Assembly: GCA_041661425.1 (NCBI GenBank) | Contig: JBAZUI010000005.1 | Location: forward strand, 1-63,967 | Origin: Patescibacteria group bacterium | GTDB lineage: Bacteria; Patescibacteriota; Patescibacteriia; UBA9934 | Direction: 5' to 3' | Length of the DNA stretch: 63,967 bases | Shown here: positions 54,178-63,916 of the stretch, piece by piece | Layout of the letters: each line of letters starts with the position of its first letter | How positions within the stretch are numbered: position 1 is the stretch's first letter | Notes under the pieces: model-generated | What the model saw: the letters and a program-made list of their open reading frames with translations, nothing else | Told to the model about the DNA's origin: nothing | Database searches by the model: none | Translations under genes and position numbers: made by a program

Positions 54178-55317
54178 TTAGAGGTGATTCAATTGGGAGC
54201 GCACGTGACCAATGACTTTTTTTTCCGCCTGCATGAGCGAGGTGTCGCGGATTTCCAAGCGGGCTTCTTCGCGCGTGCCCGAGGCGGAAAACGGTGCCCC
54301 AAGAAAGAGGGCGTCGTGTGGTCGCTCGGCATGCAAGATCACGTGGACGTGGTGTTCTTTGTTTTCGTAAAAAATCGCCGCAATTTTTGCTTGAGGAGAC
54401 GTGATAATCAATTCATTGATCACGTCTGCGAGAGCGGTTTCATCGGCCCCGGCATTCATAAAATCGGCTTGATTGAGCACGGTCCAGACAAGCTCATGAT
54501 CCTTATCCGATTTGAGACGCGCCAAGGCTCGGCCCCACAATCGAAGCGTCTCCACCGTCCGTGTGCGATAGAGGCTGGCAACGATCTCATCGCGTCGGGC
54601 GCCAAACGACATCAAATCGCTCGCGACTTTGAGTGTTCGTGGGGTTACGTTGGGAGATTTAAAACTTTTTGTTTTATAAATCATGCCCGTGAGGAGCATG
54701 GTCGCGATTTCTTGATCGATGAGCGATGGATCGAGTTGACGCAGAAGATCAAAAATAATTTCCGAAATCGACACCGCATTGACGTCGACGATATTCAGTT
54801 GCCCGAATTGTTCATTCTCAACCGTATGATCAAAATTCACAATCGGCGTTTCAAAAAAGAAGTCTGAATATTTTTTGTAAAGATCACCAAGCTGGGAAAG
54901 ATCGCGCGCGCCCACGGTGAGAATCAAATCATAACGGTAGCCGTCGGCATTCACGATCACATCTTTTTCCTGCCAGGCTCCGGTTTTTGGGGTGAGATGA
55001 ATGTGGATTTCACCATCCACAATATCGTAAGAAAGCTCGTCGATTTTTGTCTCCTTTGCAGTGAGGCGAATGAGAAGCTTACGAATATTCGGGAGATCCC
55101 CACGAACAGAAATTTTTGAAGAAAGGAAGTCAAGCGTTTTTGGAGCTCGACCCCCGATGGTTGCCATTTCAATGGGTTTTTGTAATTTTTCCAAAAGATG
55201 CGCGAGCGCAAAACCGGAAACAAAATCATCGGGATTGGCTGTTTTGGGTAAAACAATCAAGGGACGTTTTGCACGTTCAAGCGCGGAGAGGAGTTGTTCG
55301 TGAAGCTGAAGCGACAT
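54178..55317 (-). CDS. DHH/DHHA1-family (NrnA-like) protein with degenerate motifs
   Basis: NFDHT in place of DHH. Overall size and order resemble NrnA, but the N-terminal Asp/His motifs are not obvious. Confidence 0.55.
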   Translation of the reverse strand: MSLQLHEQLLSALERAKRPLIVLPKTANPDDFVSGFALAHLLEKLQKPIEMATIGGRAPKTLDFLSSKISVRGDLPNIRKLLIRLTAKETKIDELSYDIVDGEIHIHLTPKTGAWQEKDVIVNADGYRYDLILTVGARDLSQLGDLYKKYSDFFFETPIVNFDHTVENEQFGQLNIVDVNAVSISEIIFDLLRQLDPSLIDQEIATMLLTGMIYKTKSFKSPNVTPRTLKVASDLMSFGARRDEIVASLYRTRTVETLRLWGRALARLKSDKDHELVWTVLNQADFMNAGADETALADVINELIITSPQAKIAAIFYENKEHHVHVILHAERPHDALFLGAPFSASGTREEARLEIRDTSLMQAEKKVIGHVRSQLNHL

Positions 55318-55445
55318 GCATCGATGAATGGTTGAAATTAGAAATCAGCATGGGAAGAGGAGTAGCTTAGCCCACACATTTTTCCTCGTCAAGCTTCGAG
55401 AGTGGGAGTTGAAAAAGTCGCGAGATTTCGCTACAATCATTCCGT

Positions 55446-58097
55446 ATGTCAAAAGGAATCGATCTTCCCAAAGCTTATGAAGCAAAACAGGTGGAAGATG
55501 GAATCTCTGCCACATGGATGCAGAGTGGCTTTTTTTCACCTGAGAATCTTCCGGAACGTGAAAATCGTCGGGAACCTTTTTCGATTATTTTGCCGCCGCC
55601 AAATGTGACCGGAACTCTCCATATGGGGCATGCGGTGATGCTCGCCATTGAGGATGCAATGGTGCGTTTTGCACGCATGAGTGGAAAAAATGCGGTTTGG
55701 ATTCCGGGGACCGACCATGCCGCCATTGCCACAGAATCAAAAGTAGAAAAAATGCTTATCGAAAAAGAAGGGAAGACGCGCCATGATTTGGGTCGAGAGG
55801 CATTTTTGCGCCGTGTGGAAGCTTTTGCGAAAGAAAGCCACGATACGATTGTCAATCAAATGAAAAAGATGGGGGCGAGTGTTGATTGGAGTCGCGAAGC
55901 GTATACGCTCGATGAGAAACGACACGATGCGGTGAATACCGCATTCCTTCGGATGTACAAGGATGGACTCATCTATCGTGGGTATCGAGTCATCAATTGG
56001 GACCCTGTGGGCAAGACCGCGGTCTCCGATGAAGAAGTAGAATATAAAGAAGGAACCGCAACGCTCTATACGTTTCGATATGGGAAAGACGTTCCGATCG
56101 CAATCTCAACCACGCGACCGGAGACGAAAGTGGGTGATACCGCGATTGCGGTCCATCCCGACGATCCACGTTATCAAGCCTTCATTGGAAAAGAATTCGA
56201 TGTGGCTTTTGCTGGCACGACTCTTCATCTTCGGGTGATTGCGGATGCATGTGTTGATCGTGAATTCGGGACCGGGGCACTTGGCGTCACTCCGGCGCAT
56301 AGCCTCGCGGATGCGGATTTGGCGCATGTCCACGAGCTTCCCATGATTCAGGTGATTGACGAATCAGCTCACATGACCCAAGAGGCTGGCACATTGGTTG
56401 CGGGAAAATCGACCCTCGAGGCTCGTGCTTTGGTGATTGAGTGGTTGCGCGAGGAAGGATTGCTCCTGGGTGAAGAAGAAGTTTCGCAAAATCTTTCCTA
56501 TGCGCAACGAAGTGGCGGCGTGATTGAACCTTTGCCAAAAGAGCAGTGGTTTATTGATGTCAACAAGTCATTTCATTTTCGAAATTCCACGCGTCATCCG
56601 ATTGATGGTGTTGAAGACGGGCAAGAAGTGAGTCTCAAATCATTAATGCAGCACGTGGTGCGTTCGGGCCAGATAAAAATTATTCCGGATCGTTTTTCGA
56701 AAACGTATTTTCATTGGATCGATCATTTGCGTGATTGGAATATCAGCCGTCAGATTTGGTTTGGACATCGTTTACCGGTGTGGTATCGAAACACTGAGGT
56801 GAAGGTGAGTGTCACAAAACCCGAGGGCGAAGGTTGGGAACGTGATCCCGATACGCTCGACACGTGGTTTAGCTCTGGGCTTTGGACATTTTCAACTCTC
56901 GGGTGGCCGAATGAATCGTCTCCGGATCTTTTGGCGTATCACCCAACCACGGTCATGGAAACCGGTTACGACATTCTCTTCTTTTGGGTTGCACGCATGA
57001 TCCTCATGTCCACGTATCTTTTGGGGGAGATTCCATTTGAGACCGTCTACCTTCACGGATTGGTGCTCGATGAAGAAGGTCGGAAGATGTCCAAATCGCT
57101 TGGCAATGTTTTGAATCCGCTCGACATGATTGATCGCTATGGCGCAGATGCCACCCGCCTTTCGCTTCTTATTGGATCAACGCCAGGCAATGACATGAAA
57201 ATTTCCGAGGAAAAGGTGGCGGGATTCCGGAACTTCACAAATAAACTTTGGAATATTTCGCGCTTTGTTTTTCTCTCGGTTGACGATGTGAAAAGCATTG
57301 AAAAACCGCCGGTGCCAAAGACGCTTGCTGATCGATGGATTCTTGGACGATTCAGTGAAGTTGAGAAAAAGGTGACACATCATTTTGAGGCGCATGAATT
57401 TTCTTTCTTGGGAGAAACGCTGCGAGATTTTACCTGGAATGAATTTGCGGATTGGTATTTGGAAATCGCAAAAATCGAAAAAGGAAAAGAGGAAATTCTG
57501 CTCTACATCCTTGAGCGTTTGCTTTTGCTTTGGCATCCTTTTATGCCATTCGTAACAGAAGAACTCTCCAAGAACTTTGGAAAGGGATTGGCCTTGATCG
57601 CCCCCTGGCCCGTGGCGGAATACGCGCTTGCCTCGATTGATCAACAAGCCATGATGGAATTACAAGAGATCATTACTGCTATTCGTTCTGTCCGTTCAAC
57701 GTATCACGTGAATTCGCAAGTGATGCTCGATATCGTGGTGGATGGGCTTCTGTCTCCGGATGTTGAGCCTCTTGTAAAATCACTCGCGAAGGTTGCTTCT
57801 ATTTCATCTTTTCAAGGAGAAAAACCAGCGCAAGCCGCAGTGGTCTTGGTGGGAGAGATGGAAATTTATGTGAAGCTCGAGGGGTTCATTGATGTACAGA
57901 AAGAAATCACTCACGTTGAAGAAGAACTTGCCGAAGCCAAGCGCTACATGCAATTATTAGAGCAGAAATTAGGAAACACGGCATTTGTGGAGCATGCGCC
58001 GGCCGCGGTGGTCGAAGAGGAGCGCGCAAAACGAGAGGCAACGTTTGACCGCATTCAAAAATTAGAACAAAGTCTTCATCATCTATCTCACGTATGA
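55446..58097 (+). CDS. valS: Valyl-tRNA synthetase
   Basis: PPPNVTGTLHMGHA, KMSKSLGN, and a C-terminal coiled coil. Confidence 0.97.
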   Translation: MSKGIDLPKAYEAKQVEDGISATWMQSGFFSPENLPERENRREPFSIILPPPNVTGTLHMGHAVMLAIEDAMVRFARMSGKNAVWIPGTDHAAIATESKVEKMLIEKEGKTRHDLGREAFLRRVEAFAKESHDTIVNQMKKMGASVDWSREAYTLDEKRHDAVNTAFLRMYKDGLIYRGYRVINWDPVGKTAVSDEEVEYKEGTATLYTFRYGKDVPIAISTTRPETKVGDTAIAVHPDDPRYQAFIGKEFDVAFAGTTLHLRVIADACVDREFGTGALGVTPAHSLADADLAHVHELPMIQVIDESAHMTQEAGTLVAGKSTLEARALVIEWLREEGLLLGEEEVSQNLSYAQRSGGVIEPLPKEQWFIDVNKSFHFRNSTRHPIDGVEDGQEVSLKSLMQHVVRSGQIKIIPDRFSKTYFHWIDHLRDWNISRQIWFGHRLPVWYRNTEVKVSVTKPEGEGWERDPDTLDTWFSSGLWTFSTLGWPNESSPDLLAYHPTTVMETGYDILFFWVARMILMSTYLLGEIPFETVYLHGLVLDEEGRKMSKSLGNVLNPLDMIDRYGADATRLSLLIGSTPGNDMKISEEKVAGFRNFTNKLWNISRFVFLSVDDVKSIEKPPVPKTLADRWILGRFSEVEKKVTHHFEAHEFSFLGETLRDFTWNEFADWYLEIAKIEKGKEEILLYILERLLLLWHPFMPFVTEELSKNFGKGLALIAPWPVAEYALASIDQQAMMELQEIITAIRSVRSTYHVNSQVMLDIVVDGLLSPDVEPLVKSLAKVASISSFQGEKPAQAAVVLVGEMEIYVKLEGFIDVQKEITHVEEELAEAKRYMQLLEQKLGNTAFVEHAPAAVVEEERAKREATFDRIQKLEQSLHHLSHV

Positions 58098-59293
58098 ATC
58101 ACGAACAAGAGCAAGAACTTATCGAAAAGCTTCTCACCCGTGGGGTGCATGCCATCTATCCCACTGAGGAGATGTTGCGCAAGCAACTTGAAAGTGGAAA
58201 GCGTTTACGTTTTTATTTAGGGATCGATCCAACATCGCCGCATCTCCATATTGGTCATGCGATTGGATTGCGAAAGCTTCGTCTTTTCCAAGAACTTGGG
58301 CATGAAGTGATTTTACTCTTGGGATCCTTTACCGCCATGATTGGGGACCCAACCGATAAACTCGCCGCACGCACTCAGCTCACACAAAAACAAGTGCTCG
58401 AGAACGCAGCGACCTATAAAAAACAAGCGTCAAAGATTTTGCGATTCACCGGGAAGAATCCGGCAAAAATCATGTTTAATCATAAGTGGCTTGCGCGTCT
58501 TGATTTTGCGGAGGTGATTGATCTCGCGAGTCACTTTACCGTACAACAAATGCTCGAGCGTGACATGTTTGAAAAACGAATCACCGATGAGAAACCGATT
58601 TATTTGCATGAGTTTTTCTATCCGCTCATGCAAGGCTATGACTCGGTTGCCATGGATGTAGATGGAGAAATCGGTGGGTCGGATCAGATGTTTAATATGC
58701 TTGCCGGGCGCGATTTATTAAAGGAGATGAAAGGAAAAGAAAAAGTCGTGCTCACCATGAAGCTTCTTACCAATGCGGAAGGAGAGAAAATGAGTAAGAG
58801 CGCGGGAGGATTCATTGCCCTCGATGAGGAACCTCAAGAGATGTATGGAAAAATCATGTCCATGGACGATTCAATGATCATCCCGTATTTCGAACTCGCA
58901 ACCGATCGCTCGCTCGAGGAAATCGAGGGAATGAAAGTTCAAATGACTCAGGGAGTGAATCCGCGTGACGTTAAAATGCAGCTCGCCGGGGAAATAGTCA
59001 CCATCTTCCACGGCAAAGAAGCCGCGGAGGGCGCCGAGGAAGCATTTAAGAATCTTTTTCAACAGCATGAGCAACCGGACGTGATTGAAGAATTTTCTCT
59101 CACACTCCCCATGAATATTATCGACGCTTTGGTTGAAACGCGTCTTGCCACTTCACGAAGCGAAGCAAAACGACTTCTCTCTCAACAGGCGATTAAAATG
59201 GACGGGACGGTTGTGGGGGATGAAACCATGACGATTGAAACATACGGCGTGGTCCTTCAGCGCGGGAAACGTCAATTTGCAAAACTGAAATAA
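58094..59293 (+). CDS. tyrS: Tyrosyl-tRNA synthetase
   Basis: GIDPTSPHLHIGHA, KMSKS, and a C-terminal S4-like domain. ATGA overlap with valS. Confidence 0.95.
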   Translation: MNHEQEQELIEKLLTRGVHAIYPTEEMLRKQLESGKRLRFYLGIDPTSPHLHIGHAIGLRKLRLFQELGHEVILLLGSFTAMIGDPTDKLAARTQLTQKQVLENAATYKKQASKILRFTGKNPAKIMFNHKWLARLDFAEVIDLASHFTVQQMLERDMFEKRITDEKPIYLHEFFYPLMQGYDSVAMDVDGEIGGSDQMFNMLAGRDLLKEMKGKEKVVLTMKLLTNAEGEKMSKSAGGFIALDEEPQEMYGKIMSMDDSMIIPYFELATDRSLEEIEGMKVQMTQGVNPRDVKMQLAGEIVTIFHGKEAAEGAEEAFKNLFQQHEQPDVIEEFSLTLPMNIIDALVETRLATSRSEAKRLLSQQAIKMDGTVVGDETMTIETYGVVLQRGKRQFAKLK

Positions 59294-59294
59294 T

Positions 59295-61001
59295 ATGTCA
59301 ACACGCGACAAAGCGATTCTTGATATTGTCAAAGCGCTTAAAAAAGCGATTGGAAAAGGATATACGGTTCACCCGGATATTTTTGAAGTCCCACCGAATT
59401 CAAAATATGGGGATATCGCTTTCCCGTGTTTTGATTATGCAAAAGGTCTTGGAAGAAATCCGGCGGAGATTGCTTCTGAACTCGCGGCACACATCGGCCC
59501 CACGGATTATATTGAAACCATTACGGCGGCAGGCCCGTACGTGAATTTTACTTTTTCTCTTCCAACGCTCACCGAACAGGTCATAAAAGAAATCTTGAAG
59601 CTCGGCGTCACCTATGGATGCGGAACATCGGGAGAAGGAAAATCAATTCTTGTCGATTATGCGCAACCGAATACGCATAAGGAATTTCATATTGGGCATG
59701 TCCGTAATGCCGTACTTGGGCAATCCATCATCAACATTCTTCGTGCGAATGGATTTCATGTCGTGGGAGCTTCCTATATTGGCGATATCGGTGCCCACGT
59801 CGCGAAAGTGATTTGGGCCATGGAAAAATTCCATCACGGAGAATCTGTGCCAAAAGATCAACGGACAAAATGGTTGGGAGAGGTCTATACGCAAGCGACA
59901 GCTTATGTGGATGCGCACGAGGAGGCAAAAGAAGAAATCGCACTTATCCAAAGAAAACTCGAAGGAAAGGAAGAGCCGTATTATTCCCAGTGGAAAGAAA
60001 CGCGTGAGTGGAGTTTGACGGCGTTTCGTGAAGCATTTAAGGAGTTGCATGTTCATCCGGACGTGTGGTACTTCGAAAGTGACGTCGAAGGGGAAGGAAA
60101 AGAGATTGTGAAGAAAATGCTCATTGATGGATTGGCAAAAAAGAGTCAAGGCGCGGTCGTGATGGATCTTGCGGAAGAGAATTTAGGAATTTTTCTCCTG
60201 CTCAAGTCAGATGGGGGAGCCCTGTACTCAACAAAAGAAATCGCACTTATTCTCCGCAAACAAAAAGATCATCATCCGGACCGTCAGCTCATGGTCGTGG
60301 ATGTGCGACAATCACTCTATTTTCAACAAGTGTTTGCCACACTCCATCGCATGGGATTCACACAACCGTTAACGCATATCGCCTACGATATGGTGACGCT
60401 TCCCGAGGGGGCGATGTCCTCGCGTTCCGGGAATGTGGTGACTTTCGAAGCGTTACGTGACGATCTTGTGAATTCTTTTCAAGAAGAAACCAAAAAACGT
60501 CATCCGGAATGGACAGAGAAAAAGGTTGAGGAAACCGCACGGGCGCTTGCGATTGCCTCGATGATTTTTATGATGCAACGGCAGGATTCGCAAACCATTA
60601 TCACATTTGATCGTGAAGAAGCTCTTTCCTTCGATGGATTTACCGGGCCGTATCTCCTCTATACGGTTGCGCGAATCGCGTCTCTTCGTAAGAACACAAA
60701 AATAAAACCAAAAGGAAAGGCGGGTCTTCTTACCCACGAGAAAGAATATGCGCTTATTCGACACTTGGCGCGCTTCCCCGATGAAGTCCAAAAGGCCGGA
60801 ATCACCTTCCAAATTTCGACGATCGCCCTCTGGGCGTTTGAACTCGCAAAACTTTTTGCAGAATACTATCACGAGGTCCACGTGATCGATGAAGAACAAA
60901 AGGAACGAACCGCCGCACGATTGATGCTCTGCGATGCCGTACGAATCGCGCTCGAAAACGCTCTCCGATTACTTTGCATCGAACCCATCGAAGAAATGTA
61001 G
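59295..61001 (+). CDS. argS: Arginyl-tRNA synthetase
   Basis: EFHIGHVRNAVLG, MSSRSGNVV (MSTRxG-type), and a C-terminal DALR-type anticodon-binding region. Confidence 0.9.
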   Translation: MSTRDKAILDIVKALKKAIGKGYTVHPDIFEVPPNSKYGDIAFPCFDYAKGLGRNPAEIASELAAHIGPTDYIETITAAGPYVNFTFSLPTLTEQVIKEILKLGVTYGCGTSGEGKSILVDYAQPNTHKEFHIGHVRNAVLGQSIINILRANGFHVVGASYIGDIGAHVAKVIWAMEKFHHGESVPKDQRTKWLGEVYTQATAYVDAHEEAKEEIALIQRKLEGKEEPYYSQWKETREWSLTAFREAFKELHVHPDVWYFESDVEGEGKEIVKKMLIDGLAKKSQGAVVMDLAEENLGIFLLLKSDGGALYSTKEIALILRKQKDHHPDRQLMVVDVRQSLYFQQVFATLHRMGFTQPLTHIAYDMVTLPEGAMSSRSGNVVTFEALRDDLVNSFQEETKKRHPEWTEKKVEETARALAIASMIFMMQRQDSQTIITFDREEALSFDGFTGPYLLYTVARIASLRKNTKIKPKGKAGLLTHEKEYALIRHLARFPDEVQKAGITFQISTIALWAFELAKLFAEYYHEVHVIDEEQKERTAARLMLCDAVRIALENALRLLCIEPIEEM

Positions 61002-61003
61002 TC

Positions 61004-61156
61004 GGACCTACACCTTTGGCGCATAACTTTGTCAAAAACCTCCGCACTTCGTCACCGTATCCCGCCCATGGCGGGACCCCGCCAAAGTGAAACGACGGCG
61101 GGGCGGCTCCTCGTTGCTCGGTTTTTTCCTCGTTCTGCATCAAAACGTGTAAGTCC
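61004..61156 (-). repeat. Family A structured repeat (inverted orientation, enlarged apical hairpin), directly after the argS stop
   Basis: The reverse complement reads GATGCAGAACGAGGAAAAAACCGAGCAACGAGGAGCC...GGTGACGAAGTGCGGAGGTTTTTGACAAAGTTATGCGCCAAAGG. Confidence 0.85.
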
Positions 61157-61159
61157 GTA

Positions 61160-61582
61160 ATGATTCACCTGTGGATAGGCGCTTTGCGCCTGTTCATCTA
61201 TTTGGTTAACATGAACGCAAAGAATTCATTTTATCTTATGGGAAAAGGGAATGGCGAAGAAACAATCATCGCCCATGGCGTACGCATGGAGGGTGATTTT
61301 CAAAGTGGAGGGAATATCGTGATCGAAGGGGAAGTGCATGGCAGTATCAAAACGCAAGGGGATTTGCGCATTGGAGACGCGGCGGTGATCCAAGCGACCA
61401 TTGAATCGGCAAACGCCTCAATTTCCGGGACGGTGGAGGGAAATCTGAAAGTGAACGGCCGATTGGAATTGGCGTCGAGTGCTAAAATTACGGGAGATAT
61501 TTCCGTTGAGGTGCTTTCCATCGCACCGGGCGCAACCGTGAATGGCCAGGTATCCATGAAGGGAGCTGTTGCATTGGAATAG
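61160..61582 (+). CDS. Bactofilin (polymer-forming cytoskeletal protein)
   Basis: Repetitive G-x-V/I-x-G beta-helix pattern (IEGEVHGSIKTQGDLRIG...ISGTVEGNLKV). Start uncertain (ATGs at 61160, 61211, 61238). Confidence 0.8.
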   Translation: MIHLWIGALRLFIYLVNMNAKNSFYLMGKGNGEETIIAHGVRMEGDFQSGGNIVIEGEVHGSIKTQGDLRIGDAAVIQATIESANASISGTVEGNLKVNGRLELASSAKITGDISVEVLSIAPGATVNGQVSMKGAVALE

Positions 61583-61583
61583 T

Positions 61584-62330
61584 GTGTACTATTACGTCTA
61601 CGATGATTTTGTTCAGGGGCAAAAATACGAGCGCGAGATGGCTCTTGTTGAAACGCGCTTGACCGACCTCGAGATTGCCGGAAAAATTGCACGTCTGGCT
61701 TTGTTTCGTGATCCCAAGGAATCGATTCATGAAGCCATCCAAGCGGGAGCCAAGACGATTATCGCGGTTGGGAATGATCAGACACTTCGGCATGTGATTG
61801 ATGCGGTGAGTGATGCGGAGGTAGTGATTGGGATTATCCCCATGACCAAGGAGAACAACATGATTGCGGAAATCCTTGGGATTCCTTTGGGCGTTGCGGC
61901 CTGCGATGTGATTTCTCAACGCATGGTTTCCTCACTCGATATTGGGGTCGTGAGCGGACATCGATTTCTTTATTCCGCATTGATTCAGACGTCTCCGGAA
62001 ATGAAAATCATTTGCGAAGATCACTTCACGCTTTTTCCTCCAAAAAAGTCTGTGGTCGAAGTTCGAAATATGACGTTCGCCGATAAGGTGACGCGCGCGG
62101 CAAATCCCACGGATGGAAAAATCGAAATTGTGATTCGCAATGAAGGGCGTTCAATTTTTGGCCATAAATCTCTCGCGACACTTGTTCCCCTCAAGCAGGC
62201 GGTGATCTCAACCGGTGGAACAACAGTCGACCTCACGGTCGATGGCGAGCTTTTTGAAGGCGAAGAATTTCATGTGAGCGTGCTTCCGTCGAGGATGAAA
62301 GTGATCACAGGGAAGGAAAGAAAATTTTGA
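61584..62330 (+). CDS. Diacylglycerol-kinase-catalytic-domain (YegS/LCB5-like) lipid kinase
   Basis: IIAVGNDQTLRHVIDAV and GIIPMTKENNMIAEILGIP. GTG at 61584 follows the upstream stop (the track ORF starts at TTG 61569). Confidence 0.7.
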   Translation: MYYYVYDDFVQGQKYEREMALVETRLTDLEIAGKIARLALFRDPKESIHEAIQAGAKTIIAVGNDQTLRHVIDAVSDAEVVIGIIPMTKENNMIAEILGIPLGVAACDVISQRMVSSLDIGVVSGHRFLYSALIQTSPEMKIICEDHFTLFPPKKSVVEVRNMTFADKVTRAANPTDGKIEIVIRNEGRSIFGHKSLATLVPLKQAVISTGGTTVDLTVDGELFEGEEFHVSVLPSRMKVITGKERKF

Positions 62331-62418
62331 GTGATAAAAATGCGCTTTTTTGTAAAAGAAAAAAGCGACTTTGTCATTTTTTGACAGGTGTCGCAAGACC
62401 CTAGCTGTTTTTTCCGGC

Positions 62419-63127
62419 TCAGAGCACCGAAGCGATTTCTTCTTCGATGCGTCTTGCCGCCTGGATGGGAGTCCCGATTTCCGGCGGTGGTTTTGTGATC
62501 GGGCGCCCGATCACGACAAACGACGCACCGGCCTTCACCGCTTCCGCGGGAGTCATGATCCGCTTCTGGTCGCCGGCCACCGCCCATGCGGGACGGATAC
62601 CGGGCGTGATTCTCAAAAGGCCATCGAGTTCGCGGTGCTCTGAGGAATCTGAGCTCCTGCGGCGAGCAGATGATGCCGTCGCAACCGGCGATTTTCGCGT
62701 CGCGTGCCATTTGCAAAACCTTCGCTTTGGTCGTCCCGCCAAAAATGAGTTGGGCGGTATTTTCCTCCAGCGAAGTCAGGACCGTGACGGCGAATACAAG
62801 CGACGACCCACGGTTGTCGACGGCGGCCATCATCGCCTCGACTCCCGCCGAAGCGTGGACATCGAACATTTTCACGTTGAGTCCCGCAACGACTCTGGCC
62901 GCGCCAGCGATCGTATTTGGGATGTCGGAGAACTTGCCGTCGAAGAACACCTGTCCTCTGAGCGCGTGAATACATTCGACGACCTTGGGAGCTCCCACAG
63001 CCGTCAGAAGTTCAAGTCCAACCTTGAAACTTCCGACATACGAGGCGAGGTCTCTCACATGAGCCTCCGCCTCTTCCAAGTTGTCGACATCCAGCGCCAC
63101 GATGACTCTTTTTCTTGCTTCCATCAC
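62419..63127 (-). pseudogene. pyrF: Orotidine-5'-phosphate decarboxylase, frameshifted
   Basis: The N-terminal part ([36 protein letters not shown]) is in one frame. The C-terminal part ([28 protein letters not shown]) is in another, with the switch near 62640-62655. Confidence 0.85.
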
Positions 63128-63166
63128 TAACCTCCAGCGTGGAAAGAAAAAAATTTATTTTCCATT

Positions 63167-63336
63167 CCGCCTGCACAAGGGCGGAGTTTATCCACCGAAG
63201 CTCCGATTTATCCGTCGTAGCTTTAGTGAAGACGGAAGGAGCGAAGGAGGAGCGTTCGAATCCCACGCAAGCCAAATTGTTGGCTTGCTATGAAATACCA
63301 ACCCACAAGGTTCCAATGATTTGAAACATTCTGGGT
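63167..63336 (-). mobile_element. Older, 5'-truncated tandem copy of the family B element plus spacer
   Basis: Near-identical to 63429-63598 (262-bp period). Confidence 0.75.
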
Positions 63337-63357
63337 TGGTGGACGCCAAGGGATTCG
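63337..63357 (-). repeat. Orphan copy of the tRNA-Val(TAC) 3' end (T-loop to CCA)
   Basis: TGGTGGACGCCAAGGGATTCG is identical to 63599-63619. Confidence 0.95.
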
Positions 63358-63598
63358 GCTTCAGCTCTCGGCTTGCCGTCGCAAGCCTCGGCTTAGCCAC
63401 CCGCCTTCGCAAGGCTTCGGCGGGCAGGCCGCCTGCACAAGGGCGGAGTTTATCCACCGAAGCTCCGATTTATCCGTCGTAGCTTTAGCGAAGACGGAAG
63501 GAGCGAAGGAGGAGCGTTCGAATCCCACGCAAGCCAAATTGTTGGCTTGCTATGAAATACCAACCCACAAAGTTCCAATGATTTGAAACATTCTGGGT
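63358..63598 (-). mobile_element. Family B element (63358-63550) plus spacer, inserted between tRNA-Val(TAC) and its displaced 3' end
   Basis: Shares almost its whole length with 5634-5847. Confidence 0.75.
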
Positions 63599-63675
63599 TG
63601 GTGGACGCCAAGGGATTCGAACCCCTGACCTTCTCGGTGTAAACGAGACGCTCTAACCAGCTGAGCTAGGCGTCC
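63599..63675 (-). tRNA. tRNA-Val (anticodon TAC), CCA encoded
   Basis: Manual fold: acceptor GGACGCC/GGCGTCC, anticodon arm TCTCG-TTTACAC-CGAGA, T-arm AGGGG-TTCGAAT-CCCTT. Confidence 0.93.
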
Positions 63676-63766
63676 ATGGTTTGACGAATATACCAGGAAA
63701 ATGACCTTTTGACAAGACAGGGGCGTTGACGAGTGAAAGAAAATGAGTTATAGTCATCCCGCAAAT

Positions 63767-63853
63767 GCGGACGTGGCGGAATTGGTATACGCGCTAGCTT
63801 GAGGGGCTAGTGCCTTCACCGGCTTGAGGGTTCGAGTCCCTCCGTCCGCACCA
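63767..63853 (+). tRNA. tRNA-Leu (anticodon GAG), long variable arm, CCA encoded
   Basis: Manual fold: acceptor GCGGACG/CGTCCGC, anticodon arm CTAGC-TTGAGGG-GCTAG, T-arm GAGGG-TTCGAGT-CCCTC. Confidence 0.9.
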
Positions 63854-63883
63854 AAAAAACAACAGGAATCTGATCTGTACCCC

Positions 63884-63916
63884 AAAAAGTGGACACGAAA
63901 GTGTCCACTTTTTGAT
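63884..63916. terminator. Perfect hairpin flanked by A-run and T-run (bidirectional terminator shape)
   Basis: AAAAAGTGGACAC-GAAA-GTGTCCACTTTTT. Confidence 0.7.

Noticed and set aside
53959-54867. 302-aa ORF on the plus strand.
   Set aside because: It is antisense to the cca and DHH-family genes, which both carry clear family motifs.
62447-63130. 227-aa ORF on the plus strand, plus 62613-62975(-) and 62670-62969(+).
   Set aside because: They are antisense or out of frame to the pyrF pseudogene within a GC-rich block, where long spurious ORFs are expected.
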